This document shows, piece by piece, positions 52,947 to 62,655 of a DNA stretch of 64,000 bases; the stretch's first letter is position 1, and every line of letters starts with the position of its first letter. This DNA comes from Alphaproteobacteria bacterium (GTDB lineage Bacteria > Pseudomonadota > Alphaproteobacteria > VGDZ01): positions 2,437-66,436 of the forward strand of contig VGDZ01000008.1 of the NCBI GenBank assembly GCA_016869515.1. The letters run 5' to 3'. A program made the position numbers and the translations under genes. The notes beneath the pieces are model-generated. The model worked only from the letters and a program-made list of their open reading frames with translations. It searched no databases and was not told the DNA's origin.

Positions 52947-54251
52947 TCAGGCCGCCGCGCGCGGCGATGCGCCGCGGCGCTTCTGCTCGATCATCTGCAG
53001 ATAGCTTTCCAGCCGGTTCTTGACGTTGGCGGCCGAGAAGTAGCGCGGGTCGACCAGGTCGGTCTCGATGAAGGCGGCGGGCTTGCCGGTGCGGCGTTCG
53101 ATCTCGCGCAGCACCAGAAGCTGGCCGGCGCTGAAGCTGTTGCAGCTCTTGATCGAATTGATCAGCAGGCCGTCGGCCTCGTAGTCGCGGACGTATTTCT
53201 CGATCAGGTCGATGCGCGAGGGCAGGTTGCGGTTGGTGTAGCAACCCAGGCAATAGTCGGCGAGCGATTCCAAGGGATGGTCGGGATCGTGGCGGAAGCC
53301 GAGGTCGTAGAGCCCGCCGACCTTGGTGTAGGTGCTGGCCACCACCACCGCGCCCTCGTCGTGGAACATCTTCCAGAAGTCGCGGAAGCTGGTCCAGTTG
53401 GGCGGGCCCTCGACCACCAGCCGGTATTTCTCCTGGCCGAAATCGCCCTCGGGCGTGATCGGGCCCTGGCCCTGGGCGATGCGGGCGGCGATCTCCTGGC
53501 GCAAGAGGCGGTAGTATTCGGTGGCGTCGGGCGTGCCGCGGAAGGCGGTGAAGATCGGGCCGATGTAGTAGACCCCGCCGAAATAGGCGTCTATCGGCGA
53601 GGGCCGGCGCTTGGCCGATTCCAGCACCCAGACGAAATCGTCCTCGGCCTTGGCGGATTCGCGCAGGTATTGCCGCAGCCGGTCGATGTCGAACTTGACT
53701 CCCGAGACCTTCTCCAGCCCCGGGATCACGACCTCCTTCAATTGCTTGACGACGTAGTCGCGCATCGACTTGGTGGCGTGGCCCTCGCCCTCGTAGGGCA
53801 CGTGCAGCATCAGCGTCTCGCACTTGTACTGCTCGCGCACCAGTTCGAACCACTTCATGAAGGTGAAGCAGCCGGTATAGGACAGCAGCAGCACGTCGGG
53901 CTCGGGCAGCGGCTTGCCGTTGGGGCCGAGATTGCCCTTGGCCATCATGCCGAGATCGGCCTTGACGTAGGTGCAGACGTCCTCGGAATGGCCGCGCTTC
54001 TCGGCTTCCATGATCAGCATGCCGCTTTTCTTGCGCATGCCGTTCTGGATGGCGTTGATCTCGGGCAGGTTGTTGGCCAGATCGAAGCACATGATCAGTT
54101 CGTTGAGATTGCCGGGGACGAAGGTCGAGGCGACCTTGCGGCCCTGGGCCTTGGCGCCGGACAGGCGCTCGTAATTGGCCTCGATCATCTCCTTCTGCTT
54201 GAGCATCGAGGGTTCCTTGACCACGTCGGCGGCGGGCGGCTTCTGGCTCAT
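52947..54251 (-). CDS. bcrB: benzoyl-CoA reductase subunit B (BadE-like)
   Basis: 3' part of read-through ORF 52947..55388, from [14 protein letters not shown]; 434 aa, 2-hydroxyacyl-CoA dehydratase-like fold. Confidence 0.9.
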   Translation of the reverse strand: MSQKPPAADVVKEPSMLKQKEMIEANYERLSGAKAQGRKVASTFVPGNLNELIMCFDLANNLPEINAIQNGMRKKSGMLIMEAEKRGHSEDVCTYVKADLGMMAKGNLGPNGKPLPEPDVLLLSYTGCFTFMKWFELVREQYKCETLMLHVPYEGEGHATKSMRDYVVKQLKEVVIPGLEKVSGVKFDIDRLRQYLRESAKAEDDFVWVLESAKRRPSPIDAYFGGVYYIGPIFTAFRGTPDATEYYRLLRQEIAARIAQGQGPITPEGDFGQEKYRLVVEGPPNWTSFRDFWKMFHDEGAVVVASTYTKVGGLYDLGFRHDPDHPLESLADYCLGCYTNRNLPSRIDLIEKYVRDYEADGLLINSIKSCNSFSAGQLLVLREIERRTGKPAAFIETDLVDPRYFSAANVKNRLESYLQMIEQKRRGASPRAAA

Positions 54252-54253
54252 GG

Positions 54254-55417
54254 TCAGCTCCACAGCTTGATCGAATCGGCGAAGGTCCCGGCCTGCTCGC
54301 GGATCGGCTGCATCTGGCCGGAGTTCTCGGCGTATTTGAAGGCGATGTAGGGGATGTCGTGGCTGGCCAGGACCCGCTGCAACATCGGTCGTTCCAACAG
54401 CGCCGGATCGCAGAAGCTGGGGGCGGCGAAGATCACCCCTTCGGCGCCGCGCTTCTTGACCAGCTCGACCAGATAGCGCCCCTTGCGCGCCTGGTCGGGT
54501 TCGTATTTGGCGGCGGTGTCGGCCGAATCGCGCAAATACGAATCCGCCAGCGCCGCCAGCGGATCGCCCTGCTCGGCGACGTCGGACTGCTCCCAGCGAT
54601 TGACCAGCATGAAGTCGTCGTCGACGATGTAGCAGCCGGCCAGTTCGATCGACTTGATCAGGTTGAGCGGCGGCTGTTCGCAGAAGGCGCCGCTGACGAT
54701 GATGCGCGAATTGTCGCGCTTGGGGCGGTCGCTGGCCTTGGCCGCCGCCAGGTAGTCGGCCAGTAGCTTGGAGTGGGTCTCGACCGGCAGCACCATCCCC
54801 GCCCGCATCACCAGATAAACCTCGGACGAGGGCGCCTTCCACGGCTCGGCGGCGCGAAAGGCATAGACCTCGCGCACCAGCCGGCGATTGGCGTTGTAGG
54901 CCCGGATCGAGGCGCGCAGGTCGTCGTCGGTCGCGGGCTTGCCGGTCAGCTCGGCCAGCATGGCCCGCAATTCGCCCAGCTCGCCGCGATAGAACGTGCC
55001 GCCGATGTCGGCGCGGAAGTTCTGCGGCACGTCGAGATAGCGCGCCTTGACCTTGGGGAACATGATCTTCCACATCCCCGACAGGTTGCGGATGACGTCG
55101 CAGATGCTGGGGAACAGCATGGCGTCGACCATGTCGAGCTTGCCGGTCACCGCCAGCTCGATGGTCGAGCGCGGGATGCGGCAGATATAGGACTGGTAGT
55201 AGGCGTCGCCGTGGATCACCTCCAGCTGATCGCCGCCGCCGAGGATGCCGAAGGGCAGCGCGCCGGCGGCGTGGATCAGTTCGCGCGGCACGTAGAACGG
55301 CATGAAGCCGACCACCTTGCGGCCGGGGACGGCAGCCTTCCAGGCGCGCACGCCGGTGAAGGACAGATCCTCGAACATCGCCTCGCATTGGGCGACGATT
55401 GCGGCGGTGTCGCTCAT
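54254..55417 (-). CDS. bcrC: benzoyl-CoA reductase subunit C (BadD-like)
   Basis: 387 aa, HgdB/BcrC family. Gene order bcrC-B-A-D-fdx as in Thauera aromatica. Confidence 0.9.
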   Translation of the reverse strand: MSDTAAIVAQCEAMFEDLSFTGVRAWKAAVPGRKVVGFMPFYVPRELIHAAGALPFGILGGGDQLEVIHGDAYYQSYICRIPRSTIELAVTGKLDMVDAMLFPSICDVIRNLSGMWKIMFPKVKARYLDVPQNFRADIGGTFYRGELGELRAMLAELTGKPATDDDLRASIRAYNANRRLVREVYAFRAAEPWKAPSSEVYLVMRAGMVLPVETHSKLLADYLAAAKASDRPKRDNSRIIVSGAFCEQPPLNLIKSIELAGCYIVDDDFMLVNRWEQSDVAEQGDPLAALADSYLRDSADTAAKYEPDQARKGRYLVELVKKRGAEGVIFAAPSFCDPALLERPMLQRVLASHDIPYIAFKYAENSGQMQPIREQAGTFADSIKLWS

Positions 55418-56187
55418 CAGCGGTGCTCCCAGGCCGGTTGGCGCTTGGCGACGAAGGCTTCGAGGCCCTCGACCGCGTCGCGGCTCTGCATCAGTTCGTC
55501 GCGATAGAGCGCCTCGACCGCCGCCAGCTTGGCGGCCAGGCGCTCGACCAGGCCCATGCGCGCCGCCCGCAAGGCAAAGCGCAAGGCACGCGCGCTCTTG
55601 GGCGCGAGATGGCGCTCGAAATAGTCACGGGCCGCCGCCTCGGGGTCCTCGGCCACGGCGGTGACCAGGCCGAGCGTCGCCGCCTCGGCGGCGCCGATCG
55701 ACCGCCCCGACAGCAGCAAATCCTCGGCCGCGGCCGGGCCGATGCGTTCGGGCAGAAGGCACGAGGCGGCCGGGGCGAACACCCCCAATTGGATCTCGGG
55801 CTGGCCCAGCTTGGCGTCTGGCGCCGCGAACAAGAGATGCCCGGCGGCCGCCAATTCCAGCCCACCGCCCAGGCACTGGCCGCGGATCGCCACCAGCACC
55901 GGAATCGGGCTCGTCGCCAGGCGCAGGATCAGGGCATGAAATCCCCGCAGCATGGCGGCAAAGCGACCGGGCATGTGCTCCTCGACACTGGCGCCGAAGC
56001 TGAAATGCGGCCCTTCATGGCTGAGCAGGATCGCCCCCAGTCGGGGATCGCCGGCCTCGCGGTCCAGCGCCGCGCCCAAGGCCGCGATCATGGCCTCGTC
56101 CAGCACATTGGCCTTGGGCCGCGCCAAGGCCAGCCGCAAGAGGCGGCCATCGCGCTCGCGCGCGGCGCGGACCGGGGATTCGCTCAC
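55417..56187 (-). CDS. dch: cyclohexa-1,5-diene-1-carbonyl-CoA hydratase (crotonase family)
   Basis: 3' part of read-through ORF 55417..57672. GTG 56187 overlaps the oah stop. 256 aa enoyl-CoA hydratase fold. Assignment by position upstream of bcrC. Confidence 0.75.
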   Translation of the reverse strand: MSESPVRAARERDGRLLRLALARPKANVLDEAMIAALGAALDREAGDPRLGAILLSHEGPHFSFGASVEEHMPGRFAAMLRGFHALILRLATSPIPVLVAIRGQCLGGGLELAAAGHLLFAAPDAKLGQPEIQLGVFAPAASCLLPERIGPAAAEDLLLSGRSIGAAEAATLGLVTAVAEDPEAAARDYFERHLAPKSARALRFALRAARMGLVERLAAKLAAVEALYRDELMQSRDAVEGLEAFVAKRQPAWEHR

Positions 56188-57317
56188 CGCTTGCCCCCGG
56201 CCTTGGGGATCAGCTCCTCGATCATGCGCTCGGTCCAGCCGGCGCCGGCAGCCAGGCGCTGGCGCAGATCGACAAAGTCGATCTCGCGATCGTCCTTGGG
56301 ACCCTCGTTGAAGGCACGGAAGCCGGTGCGCGCCTCGGCCATCATGTTGAGCGCCAGCCAGGCACGGGCGTCTTCCTTGTTGCGGTTCCAGGATTCCAGC
56401 TTCGGCTTGCGCAGTTCCTCGAAGCTCTTGGTCAGGCATTCGGGGAAGGTCAGCATCAGCTTGGCGCACAGCGCGTCGACGCGTTCGTCGAGCGCCGAAA
56501 GATCGACCGTGCCGCGCGCCAGCGTGCGCTTGGCCTCGGCCAGGGCCTCGCCGGTCTTGGGCTCGCCGTGCAGGATGCGGCCCCATTCGTCGAGGTAGCG
56601 ATCGGTCCACACCAGCGGGTTGGGCGCGTACTTGCCGTCGACTTTCAGCGCCGGCGCGATGTCCGAGATCATGCCCAGCCGGTAGGCCTTGTGCGCCGAC
56701 CAGGGCTCGCACAACGTGCCGGATTCCATCGCCTTCTCGCAGCCGATCATCAGCGGCAGAAAATCGGTGGCGCCGCCGATCGCGGCCGAACCGTGCTTGG
56801 GGCCGGCCTGGCCGAAGCGCGCCAGGTCCTGCGCCACGGTGAAGTCGCAGGCCATGCCGATCTCCTGGCCGCCGCCGATGCGCATGCCGTTGACCCGGCA
56901 GATCACCGGCTTGTCGCAGCCGAGGATGGCCGAGACCATGTCGTTGAACAGCCGCATGTACTGCCGGTATTCCTGCGGGTTGCCGGCGTAGTACTCGGCG
57001 TATTCCTTGGTGTTGCCGCCGGTGCAGAAGGCCTTGTCGCCCGTGCCGGTGAACACCACCGCCACCACCTCGCGCGAGACCGAGGCATCGCGGAAGGCGC
57101 GGATCACCGCCTTGACCATGTCGGTGGTGTAGGAATTGAACTGCGTCGGGTTGTCGAGCACGATCCAGGCGTTGAACAGCCCGGGCGCCGGGCGGCCGTC
57201 GGGCCGCTTGGCCGGGCGCTTGTCGTAGATCACGCCCGGCTGCGGCGCGTAGGGCACCAGAGTGTGGTCCTTGAGGGCGTGGGCCGAACCGGTCGGAAGC
57301 TTGGGCTGGGCGGACAT
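56184..57317 (-). CDS. oah: 6-oxocyclohex-1-ene-1-carbonyl-CoA hydrolase (ring-cleaving, BamA/Oah)
   Basis: 377 aa long crotonase-family protein; VVFTGTGDKAFCTGGN and ICRVNGMRIGGGQE motifs. Length and context are typical of Oah. Confidence 0.85.
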   Translation of the reverse strand: MSAQPKLPTGSAHALKDHTLVPYAPQPGVIYDKRPAKRPDGRPAPGLFNAWIVLDNPTQFNSYTTDMVKAVIRAFRDASVSREVVAVVFTGTGDKAFCTGGNTKEYAEYYAGNPQEYRQYMRLFNDMVSAILGCDKPVICRVNGMRIGGGQEIGMACDFTVAQDLARFGQAGPKHGSAAIGGATDFLPLMIGCEKAMESGTLCEPWSAHKAYRLGMISDIAPALKVDGKYAPNPLVWTDRYLDEWGRILHGEPKTGEALAEAKRTLARGTVDLSALDERVDALCAKLMLTFPECLTKSFEELRKPKLESWNRNKEDARAWLALNMMAEARTGFRAFNEGPKDDREIDFVDLRQRLAAGAGWTERMIEELIPKAGGKR

Positions 57318-57341
57318 GGCGGTCTCCTCGTCGGGAACGGG

Positions 57342-58412
57342 TCAGGCGGCGGGCACCAGGATCGGACGCCGCGCCAGCTTGTGCGCGTGCGCCTCGGCGA
57401 AGACGGAGTTGATAGACTCCAGCGGGTGGCGCTGGACGAACGGCTTGATTGCGATCTTGCCGTCCAGCACCAGATCCAGCGCGCCGGGATAAAGCTCGGG
57501 CACGCAGCCCCAATTGCCGATGGCGCGGGCATCGAACGCCATCAGGTTCGACAGCCGCAGCTCGACCTTGGCCATGGTGAAGCCGACCACGCACAGCGTG
57601 GCGCCATGCACCAAAAGGCCGAAGGCGGTGGCTTGGCCCTGGGGGCTGCCCGAGCATTCGAAGATCGCCCATTCGGCCTGCGGCAGGCCGCGCGCCTTGG
57701 CGAAGTCGAAGATCGCCTTCTTCAGCGCGCGCTCGTCATGGGTCTTGGGGTTCAGCGTCAGGGCCGCGCCATGGCGCGAAATCGCTTCCAGCTTGTCGGC
57801 GTCGACGTCGATCGCCACCACCGCGGCACCGAAAGCGTGCGCGATCTGCACCGCATAGCCGCCGACGCCGCCCACACCCACCACCACCGCCAGCATGCCG
57901 GGCTTGATCTCGGCCCGCACCACCGCCTGATAGGGCGTGGTGACGGCATCGGCCACCACCGAGACCTCGGCCAGGTCGAGACCGCGCGCCGCCAGCCGCG
58001 CCTCGTCGACCGGGCAAAGATCGCGCGCCGGCACGACGATGTGGCTGGCGAAGCCGCCATGGATGTCGTTGCCGGGCATCTTCTGCTGGCGGCAGATGGC
58101 GCCGCGGCCCTTGCGGCAGAAATCGCAGCTTCCGCAGGGAATCACCGCCGGCACGATCACGGCGCGGCCGCGCCAGGCTTCGGCGCCGGCGCCGGTCGCC
58201 ACCACCCGGCCGCTGACCTCGTGTCCCAGCGCCAACGGCAGGGCATGCTTGGTGCGCACGCCGTCGTAGTAGTAGCCGAGATCGGTGTGACAGAGGCCGC
58301 AGCCGGCCACCGCCACCGCCGCCTCGCCCGGGCCCGGCTCGGCCTTGAAGCCCTCGCTCGCCAGCGGCGCGCCTGCCGCCGTCATCACCCACCGCCGCGC
58401 CTCGATCGACAT
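57342..58412 (-). CDS. had: 6-hydroxycyclohex-1-ene-1-carbonyl-CoA dehydrogenase (Zn-ADH family)
   Basis: 356 aa; [13 protein letters not shown] zinc-ADH motifs. Context had-oah-dch. Confidence 0.8.
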   Translation of the reverse strand: MSIEARRWVMTAAGAPLASEGFKAEPGPGEAAVAVAGCGLCHTDLGYYYDGVRTKHALPLALGHEVSGRVVATGAGAEAWRGRAVIVPAVIPCGSCDFCRKGRGAICRQQKMPGNDIHGGFASHIVVPARDLCPVDEARLAARGLDLAEVSVVADAVTTPYQAVVRAEIKPGMLAVVVGVGGVGGYAVQIAHAFGAAVVAIDVDADKLEAISRHGAALTLNPKTHDERALKKAIFDFAKARGLPQAEWAIFECSGSPQGQATAFGLLVHGATLCVVGFTMAKVELRLSNLMAFDARAIGNWGCVPELYPGALDLVLDGKIAIKPFVQRHPLESINSVFAEAHAHKLARRPILVPAA

Positions 58413-58437
58413 CGCCCGTCCCTCGCTCCGATCGCTC

Positions 58438-58467
58438 TTGACGTCTTATTCTGTAATTCGGTATATC
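58438..58467 (+). promoter_or_regulatory. Putative sigma70-like promoter for korAB within an AT-rich divergent control region
   Basis: TTGACG (58438-58443) - 18 nt - TATATC (58462-58467), about 40 nt upstream of the korA ATG. Confidence 0.4.
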
Positions 58468-58507
58468 TTTACCTGTTTACATCCTCCCTGTCAAGCGAGG
58501 TACCGCC

Positions 58508-60229
58508 ATGGCGCGCCATTCGATCTCCCTCGCCCTCACCGGCAGCGGCGGCGCCGGCGTGATGACCGCCGGCAACATGCTGCTGGATGCCGCCGCCGCG
58601 TCGGGCTGCCACGGCCTGATGACCCGTTCGGCCGGACCGCAGATCCGCGGCGGCGAGGCGGCGGCGCTGCTGCGGCTGGCGGATTTCCCCATCGACAGCC
58701 ATGACGACCGGCTCGACCTGGCGATCGCGGTCGACTGGGAGAACGTGCAGCGCTTCGCCGCCGAGCTGGCGCTCGACAAACAAAGCGCCATCGTCGCCGA
58801 TCCGGCGGCGGGCGAGATGCCGGCGGCGATCGCCGCCAAGGGCGCCAGGCTGCTGGCGGTGCCCCTCAAGCAGATCGCCAAGAGCTGCAATGGCCGACCC
58901 AACATGGTGGCGCTGGGCGTGGCGATGGCGGCGCTGGGCTTGGACGAGGGGTTCGGGCTCAAGGCGATCGACAAGACCCTGGAAGGGCGCGACGCCAAGA
59001 CCATCGAGGCCTCTTATGCCGCCTTCCGCGCCGGGCTGGCGGCGGGTGCGGCGCTCGACCTCGATTGCAGATTGGCGCGCGGCCAAACGTCGCACCCGTC
59101 GCATCGCTGGGTGAGTTCGGGCAATCACGCCGCCGGGCTGGGGGCGATCCGCGGCGGCATCCGCTTCGTCGCGGCTTATCCCATCACCCCGGCCTCGGAA
59201 GTGCTGGAATGGCTGGCGCCGGCCTTGCGGCGCGTCGGCGGCACGCTGGTCCAGGCCGAGGACGAGCTGGCCTCGATCAACATGGCGATCGGCGCCTCTT
59301 TCGGCGGCGTTCCGGCGCTGACCGCGACCTCGGGTCCGGGCCTGTCCCTGATGCTGGAATCGATCGGCTTGGCGGTGGCGTCCGAGACCCCGGTGGTGGT
59401 GATCGACGTCATGCGCGGCGGTCCCTCGACCGGCATTCCGACCAAGTCCGAGCAGGCCGATCTGGCGATCGCCATCCACGGCCTTCACGGCGATGCGCCG
59501 CATCTGGTGGTGGCGCCGCTGTCGGTAGCGGATTGCCTGTTCACGACGCAATGGGCGGTGCACCTGGCGGAATCGACCCAGGCGCCGGCGATCGTGCTGT
59601 CGGACCAGTTCCTCGGCCAGGCGCGGGCGGTGTTCGAGCGCCCGGCCGACATCGCCTTCGCCGGCGGCCGTCGGATCGAGACCGCGCCCGGCGCGGGTTA
59701 TGCCCGCTATGCCCTCACCGCCGACGGCGTCTCGCCCATGACCCTGCCCGGCACGCCGGGCGGCCAATACACCGCCGACGGACTCGAGCACGATGCGCGC
59801 GGCACGCCCTCCAGCCGCGCCGACGACCACACCGCGCAGATGGCCAAGCGCGCGCGCAAGCTCGACGGCTTCGACTACGGCCGGCATTGGGCCGAGATCG
59901 ACGGCGAGGGCGAGATCGCGGTGCTGAGCTGGGGTTCGACCGCGGGCGCGGTGCGCGAGGCGGTGGCGCGGGCGCGCGCCCAGGGCTTGCACGTGCGCCT
60001 GATCACGCCGCGCCTTCTGCTGCCGATCCAACCCGCGCGCATGGCGGCGGCGCTGGAGGGCGTGCGCCGCGTGCTGGTGGTCGAACAATCCGAGGGCGCC
60101 CAGTTCCATCGCTATCTGCGGGCGCATTACGATTTGCCGAAATCGGTCGAGGTCATGGCACGCACCGGCGCCCTGCCCTTCCGCCCCGGCGAAATCCTCG
60201 GCCGCATCGCGGCGGGAGGCGCGTCATGA
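58508..60229 (+). CDS. korA: 2-oxoglutarate:ferredoxin oxidoreductase alpha subunit (fused gamma-alpha)
   Basis: 573 aa; N-terminal PorG-like domain followed by the pyruvate-flavodoxin OR core. Two-subunit architecture as in the Thauera KGOR that re-reduces Fdx. Confidence 0.8.
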   Translation: MARHSISLALTGSGGAGVMTAGNMLLDAAAASGCHGLMTRSAGPQIRGGEAAALLRLADFPIDSHDDRLDLAIAVDWENVQRFAAELALDKQSAIVADPAAGEMPAAIAAKGARLLAVPLKQIAKSCNGRPNMVALGVAMAALGLDEGFGLKAIDKTLEGRDAKTIEASYAAFRAGLAAGAALDLDCRLARGQTSHPSHRWVSSGNHAAGLGAIRGGIRFVAAYPITPASEVLEWLAPALRRVGGTLVQAEDELASINMAIGASFGGVPALTATSGPGLSLMLESIGLAVASETPVVVIDVMRGGPSTGIPTKSEQADLAIAIHGLHGDAPHLVVAPLSVADCLFTTQWAVHLAESTQAPAIVLSDQFLGQARAVFERPADIAFAGGRRIETAPGAGYARYALTADGVSPMTLPGTPGGQYTADGLEHDARGTPSSRADDHTAQMAKRARKLDGFDYGRHWAEIDGEGEIAVLSWGSTAGAVREAVARARAQGLHVRLITPRLLLPIQPARMAAALEGVRRVLVVEQSEGAQFHRYLRAHYDLPKSVEVMARTGALPFRPGEILGRIAAGGAS

Positions 60230-61050
60230 GCGCCGCCCCCGCCTATGTCGCCAAGGACTACAAATCCGACGTCAAGCCGGTGTGGTGCCCGGGCTGCGGC
60301 GATTTCTCGGTGCTGGCGGCCTTCGGCAAGGCCTTCGCCGAGCTTGGCCTGGCGCCCGAGCGCGTCGCCGTGATCTCGGGCATTGGCTGTTCCTCGCGCA
60401 TCCCGGCCTATACCCGGACCTACGGCTTTCACGGCGTGCACGGCCGCGCGCTGGCGCTGGCCACCGGCCTCAAGCTGGCGCGGCCCGAGCTGACCGTGGT
60501 CGCCGCCGGCGGCGACGGCGACGGCTTCTCGATCGGCGGCAATCACTTCCTGCACGCCTGCCGGCGCAATGTCGATCTGACCTATGTGGTGATGGACAAC
60601 CGGGTCTACGGCATGACCAAGGGCCAGCCCTCGCCCACCACCGAGCCGGATTGGGACAGCGCGCTGTCGCCGGGCGGCACCGGCCTGCGGCCGTTCAATC
60701 CGCTGGTGATCGCGCTGGCCTCGGGCGCCAATTTCGTCGCCCGCGCCTTCTCGGGCGATCCCAATGCCTGCGCCGCGATGATCGTCGCCGCCATCCGCCA
60801 TCCCGGCTTCAGCTTCGTCGAGATCCTCAGCCCCTGCGTCACCTTCCGCCCCGATCAGCGCGGCTGGAAGGAGCAGGTGCGCCAAGCCCCGGTCGCGGCC
60901 ACCGGCGATCCCGCCCGCGCCGCGCGCCGGCTGATGACCGACGACGGCTTCAATCTCGGCGTGCTCTACCAGGGCGATCGGCTGCCCTATCGCCCGCCGC
61001 CGGGCGAGGGCGCGCGGCCGGCCGATCTCGAAGCCGAGTTCGCGGCATGA
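60226..61050 (+). CDS. korB: 2-oxoglutarate:ferredoxin oxidoreductase beta subunit (TPP-binding)
   Basis: The ATG at 60226 overlaps the korA stop. WCPGCGDF ... GGDGDG TPP motif; 274 aa. Confidence 0.85.
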   Translation: MSAAPAYVAKDYKSDVKPVWCPGCGDFSVLAAFGKAFAELGLAPERVAVISGIGCSSRIPAYTRTYGFHGVHGRALALATGLKLARPELTVVAAGGDGDGFSIGGNHFLHACRRNVDLTYVVMDNRVYGMTKGQPSPTTEPDWDSALSPGGTGLRPFNPLVIALASGANFVARAFSGDPNACAAMIVAAIRHPGFSFVEILSPCVTFRPDQRGWKEQVRQAPVAATGDPARAARRLMTDDGFNLGVLYQGDRLPYRPPPGEGARPADLEAEFAA

Positions 61051-61583
61051 GCGCCGATGACGCCATGCGCGCGGCGGCGCGCAAACTGGCGGCCGCGATC
61101 CGCGACGCCGAGGATTTCCGCGCCTGCGTCTTCGCGATCGAAAGCGAGGCGGCGGAACGCTACGCCGAACTGGCCGATCTGATGGCGACCCACAACAACC
61201 GCGAGGTGGCGGCACTGTTCCGCCGCCTAGCCGAGATCGAGGGCCTGCACGCCCGCAAGATGCTGGCGCCCGACGGCAGCGCGCCGCGGCTCCTTCCGGC
61301 CGGAATCGACTTCGTCGGCGCCGAGACCGTGTCGCACGAGGCCATGCACTATCTGATGACGCCGCGCCAGGCCTTGGCGCTGGCGCTGGAGGGCGAATGC
61401 AAGGCGGTGGCGCTGTTCGAGGCGCTGGCCGAGGGCGCGGCCGATCCCGCCATCCGCCGCCTCGCCGCCGAGATGGCGGTCGAGGAGCGCGGCCATGTCG
61501 CGCTGGTCCAGGCCTGGATGACCAAATTCCCCGAGCCCGAGGCGGATTGGGACCACGACCCCGATCCGCCGCGGCTGGACTGA
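61047..61583 (+). CDS. ferritin-like / rubrerythrin-domain protein
   Basis: The ATG at 61047 overlaps the korB stop (ATGA). 178 aa with paired E..EA.ERY.. and EGEC...E.RGH helices suggesting a di-iron site. Confidence 0.6.
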   Translation: MSADDAMRAAARKLAAAIRDAEDFRACVFAIESEAAERYAELADLMATHNNREVAALFRRLAEIEGLHARKMLAPDGSAPRLLPAGIDFVGAETVSHEAMHYLMTPRQALALALEGECKAVALFEALAEGAADPAIRRLAAEMAVEERGHVALVQAWMTKFPEPEADWDHDPDPPRLD

Positions 61584-61595
61584 CGTCGTATTTTT

Positions 61596-62204
61596 TTATT
61601 CGGCCGTTTTCTTGGCGGCGTGCAGCGAGGGCGTGTCGCCGGCCATCACCTTGGGCCGACCGGGTTCCAGCGCGCGCAACGCCTCGGCCGGCCGCAGCGT
61701 CGCCAGCGAGCGCGCCGCCAGCTCTTGATAGGTCGCGGTGGCGCGGCGCTTCCATTCCATCTCGGCCTCGCTCAGCGCCCGCACCGGCCGCGCCGGAATC
61801 CCGGCCACCAGCGTGCGCGGCTCGACCTTCATGCCGGCCTTGACGAAGGCCATGGCGGCGACGAAGGCGGCCTCGCCGATCGTGGCCTCGTCCATCACCA
61901 CCGCCGAAATGCCGATCAGCGCCTCGGGCCCGACGGTACAACCGTGCAGCACCGCGCCGTGGCCGACATGGCCCGCGGGGCCGATGCTCATGTCCATGCC
62001 GGGAAAGCAGTGGACGATGCAGTTATCCTGCACGTTCGATCCGCGCCGCAGCACGATGCGGCCCATGTCGCCGCGCAAGGACGCGCCCGGCGCCACGTAG
62101 CAGCCGGCCTCGATCACCACGTCGCCGATCAGCGTCGCCTGGGGATGGACGAAGGCGCCGGCCTCGATCACCGGCACCACGCCGTCGATGGCGTAGATCG
62201 GCAC
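61596..62204 (-). CDS. left-handed beta-helix (hexapeptide) protein, PaaY / gamma-carbonic-anhydrase-like
   Basis: 3' part of track ORF 61596..62402 from a GTG (VPIYAIDGVVPVIEAGAFVHPQATLIGDV...); 202 aa. Confidence 0.75.
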   Translation of the reverse strand: MPIYAIDGVVPVIEAGAFVHPQATLIGDVVIEAGCYVAPGASLRGDMGRIVLRRGSNVQDNCIVHCFPGMDMSIGPAGHVGHGAVLHGCTVGPEALIGISAVVMDEATIGEAAFVAAMAFVKAGMKVEPRTLVAGIPARPVRALSEAEMEWKRRATATYQELAARSLATLRPAEALRALEPGRPKVMAGDTPSLHAAKKTAE

Positions 62205-62214
62205 CGCGCCGGCC

Positions 62215-62655
62215 TCAGTCGTCGGCGGCGGCGGCGGCCGGCGCCGCCGGCTCGCTGCGGGCATGCTTGAGCAGGGTCTCGATGGTGACCGAGCGCAACG
62301 TGGCGCGGGCGATGTCCTCGATCTCGGCCAAGACGCCGTGCAGCGCCTGGCCGAGGTGGGTATCGGGACCCTGGCCGTCGCCCGCTGCCTTGCCGGCGCC
62401 AATGTCCTCGAAGATCTCGATCACGTCCATCAGCGTCACCCGCTTGGGATTGCCGACGAAACGATAGCCGCCGCCGACGCCGCGCGCCGCCTCGACCAGG
62501 CCGGCACGGCCGAGATCGCGCAGCACCTTGGCGAGGTGGTTGAGCGAGATGCCGTATTTGGCGGCGATGTCGCCGGCCGCGATCTGGCGGTCGCGGTCCT
62601 CGGCCAGTTCGAGCACGGCGTAGAGCGCGAACAAGGTCGCCTTGTTGAGCCTCAC
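62215..62655 (-). CDS. Rrf2-family transcriptional regulator
   Basis: 3' part of track ORF 62215..63195. GTG 62655 overlaps the upstream GNAT stop (GTGA). VRLNKATLFALYAVLELAE ... ISLNHLAKVLRDLGRAGLVEAARGVGGGYR. Confidence 0.85.
   Translation of the reverse strand: MRLNKATLFALYAVLELAEDRDRQIAAGDIAAKYGISLNHLAKVLRDLGRAGLVEAARGVGGGYRFVGNPKRVTLMDVIEIFEDIGAGKAAGDGQGPDTHLGQALHGVLAEIEDIARATLRSVTIETLLKHARSEPAAPAAAAADD

Noticed and set aside
58508-61050. korAB as phenylglyoxylate:acceptor oxidoreductase (PadEFGHI-like) partner of the Mo enzyme
   Set aside because: The two-subunit fused gamma-alpha plus beta architecture, and the divergent position next to bcr/fdx, match the Thauera 2-oxoglutarate:ferredoxin oxidoreductase arrangement rather than the five-subunit Pad enzyme. 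Substrate specificity still cannot be proven from the sequence.
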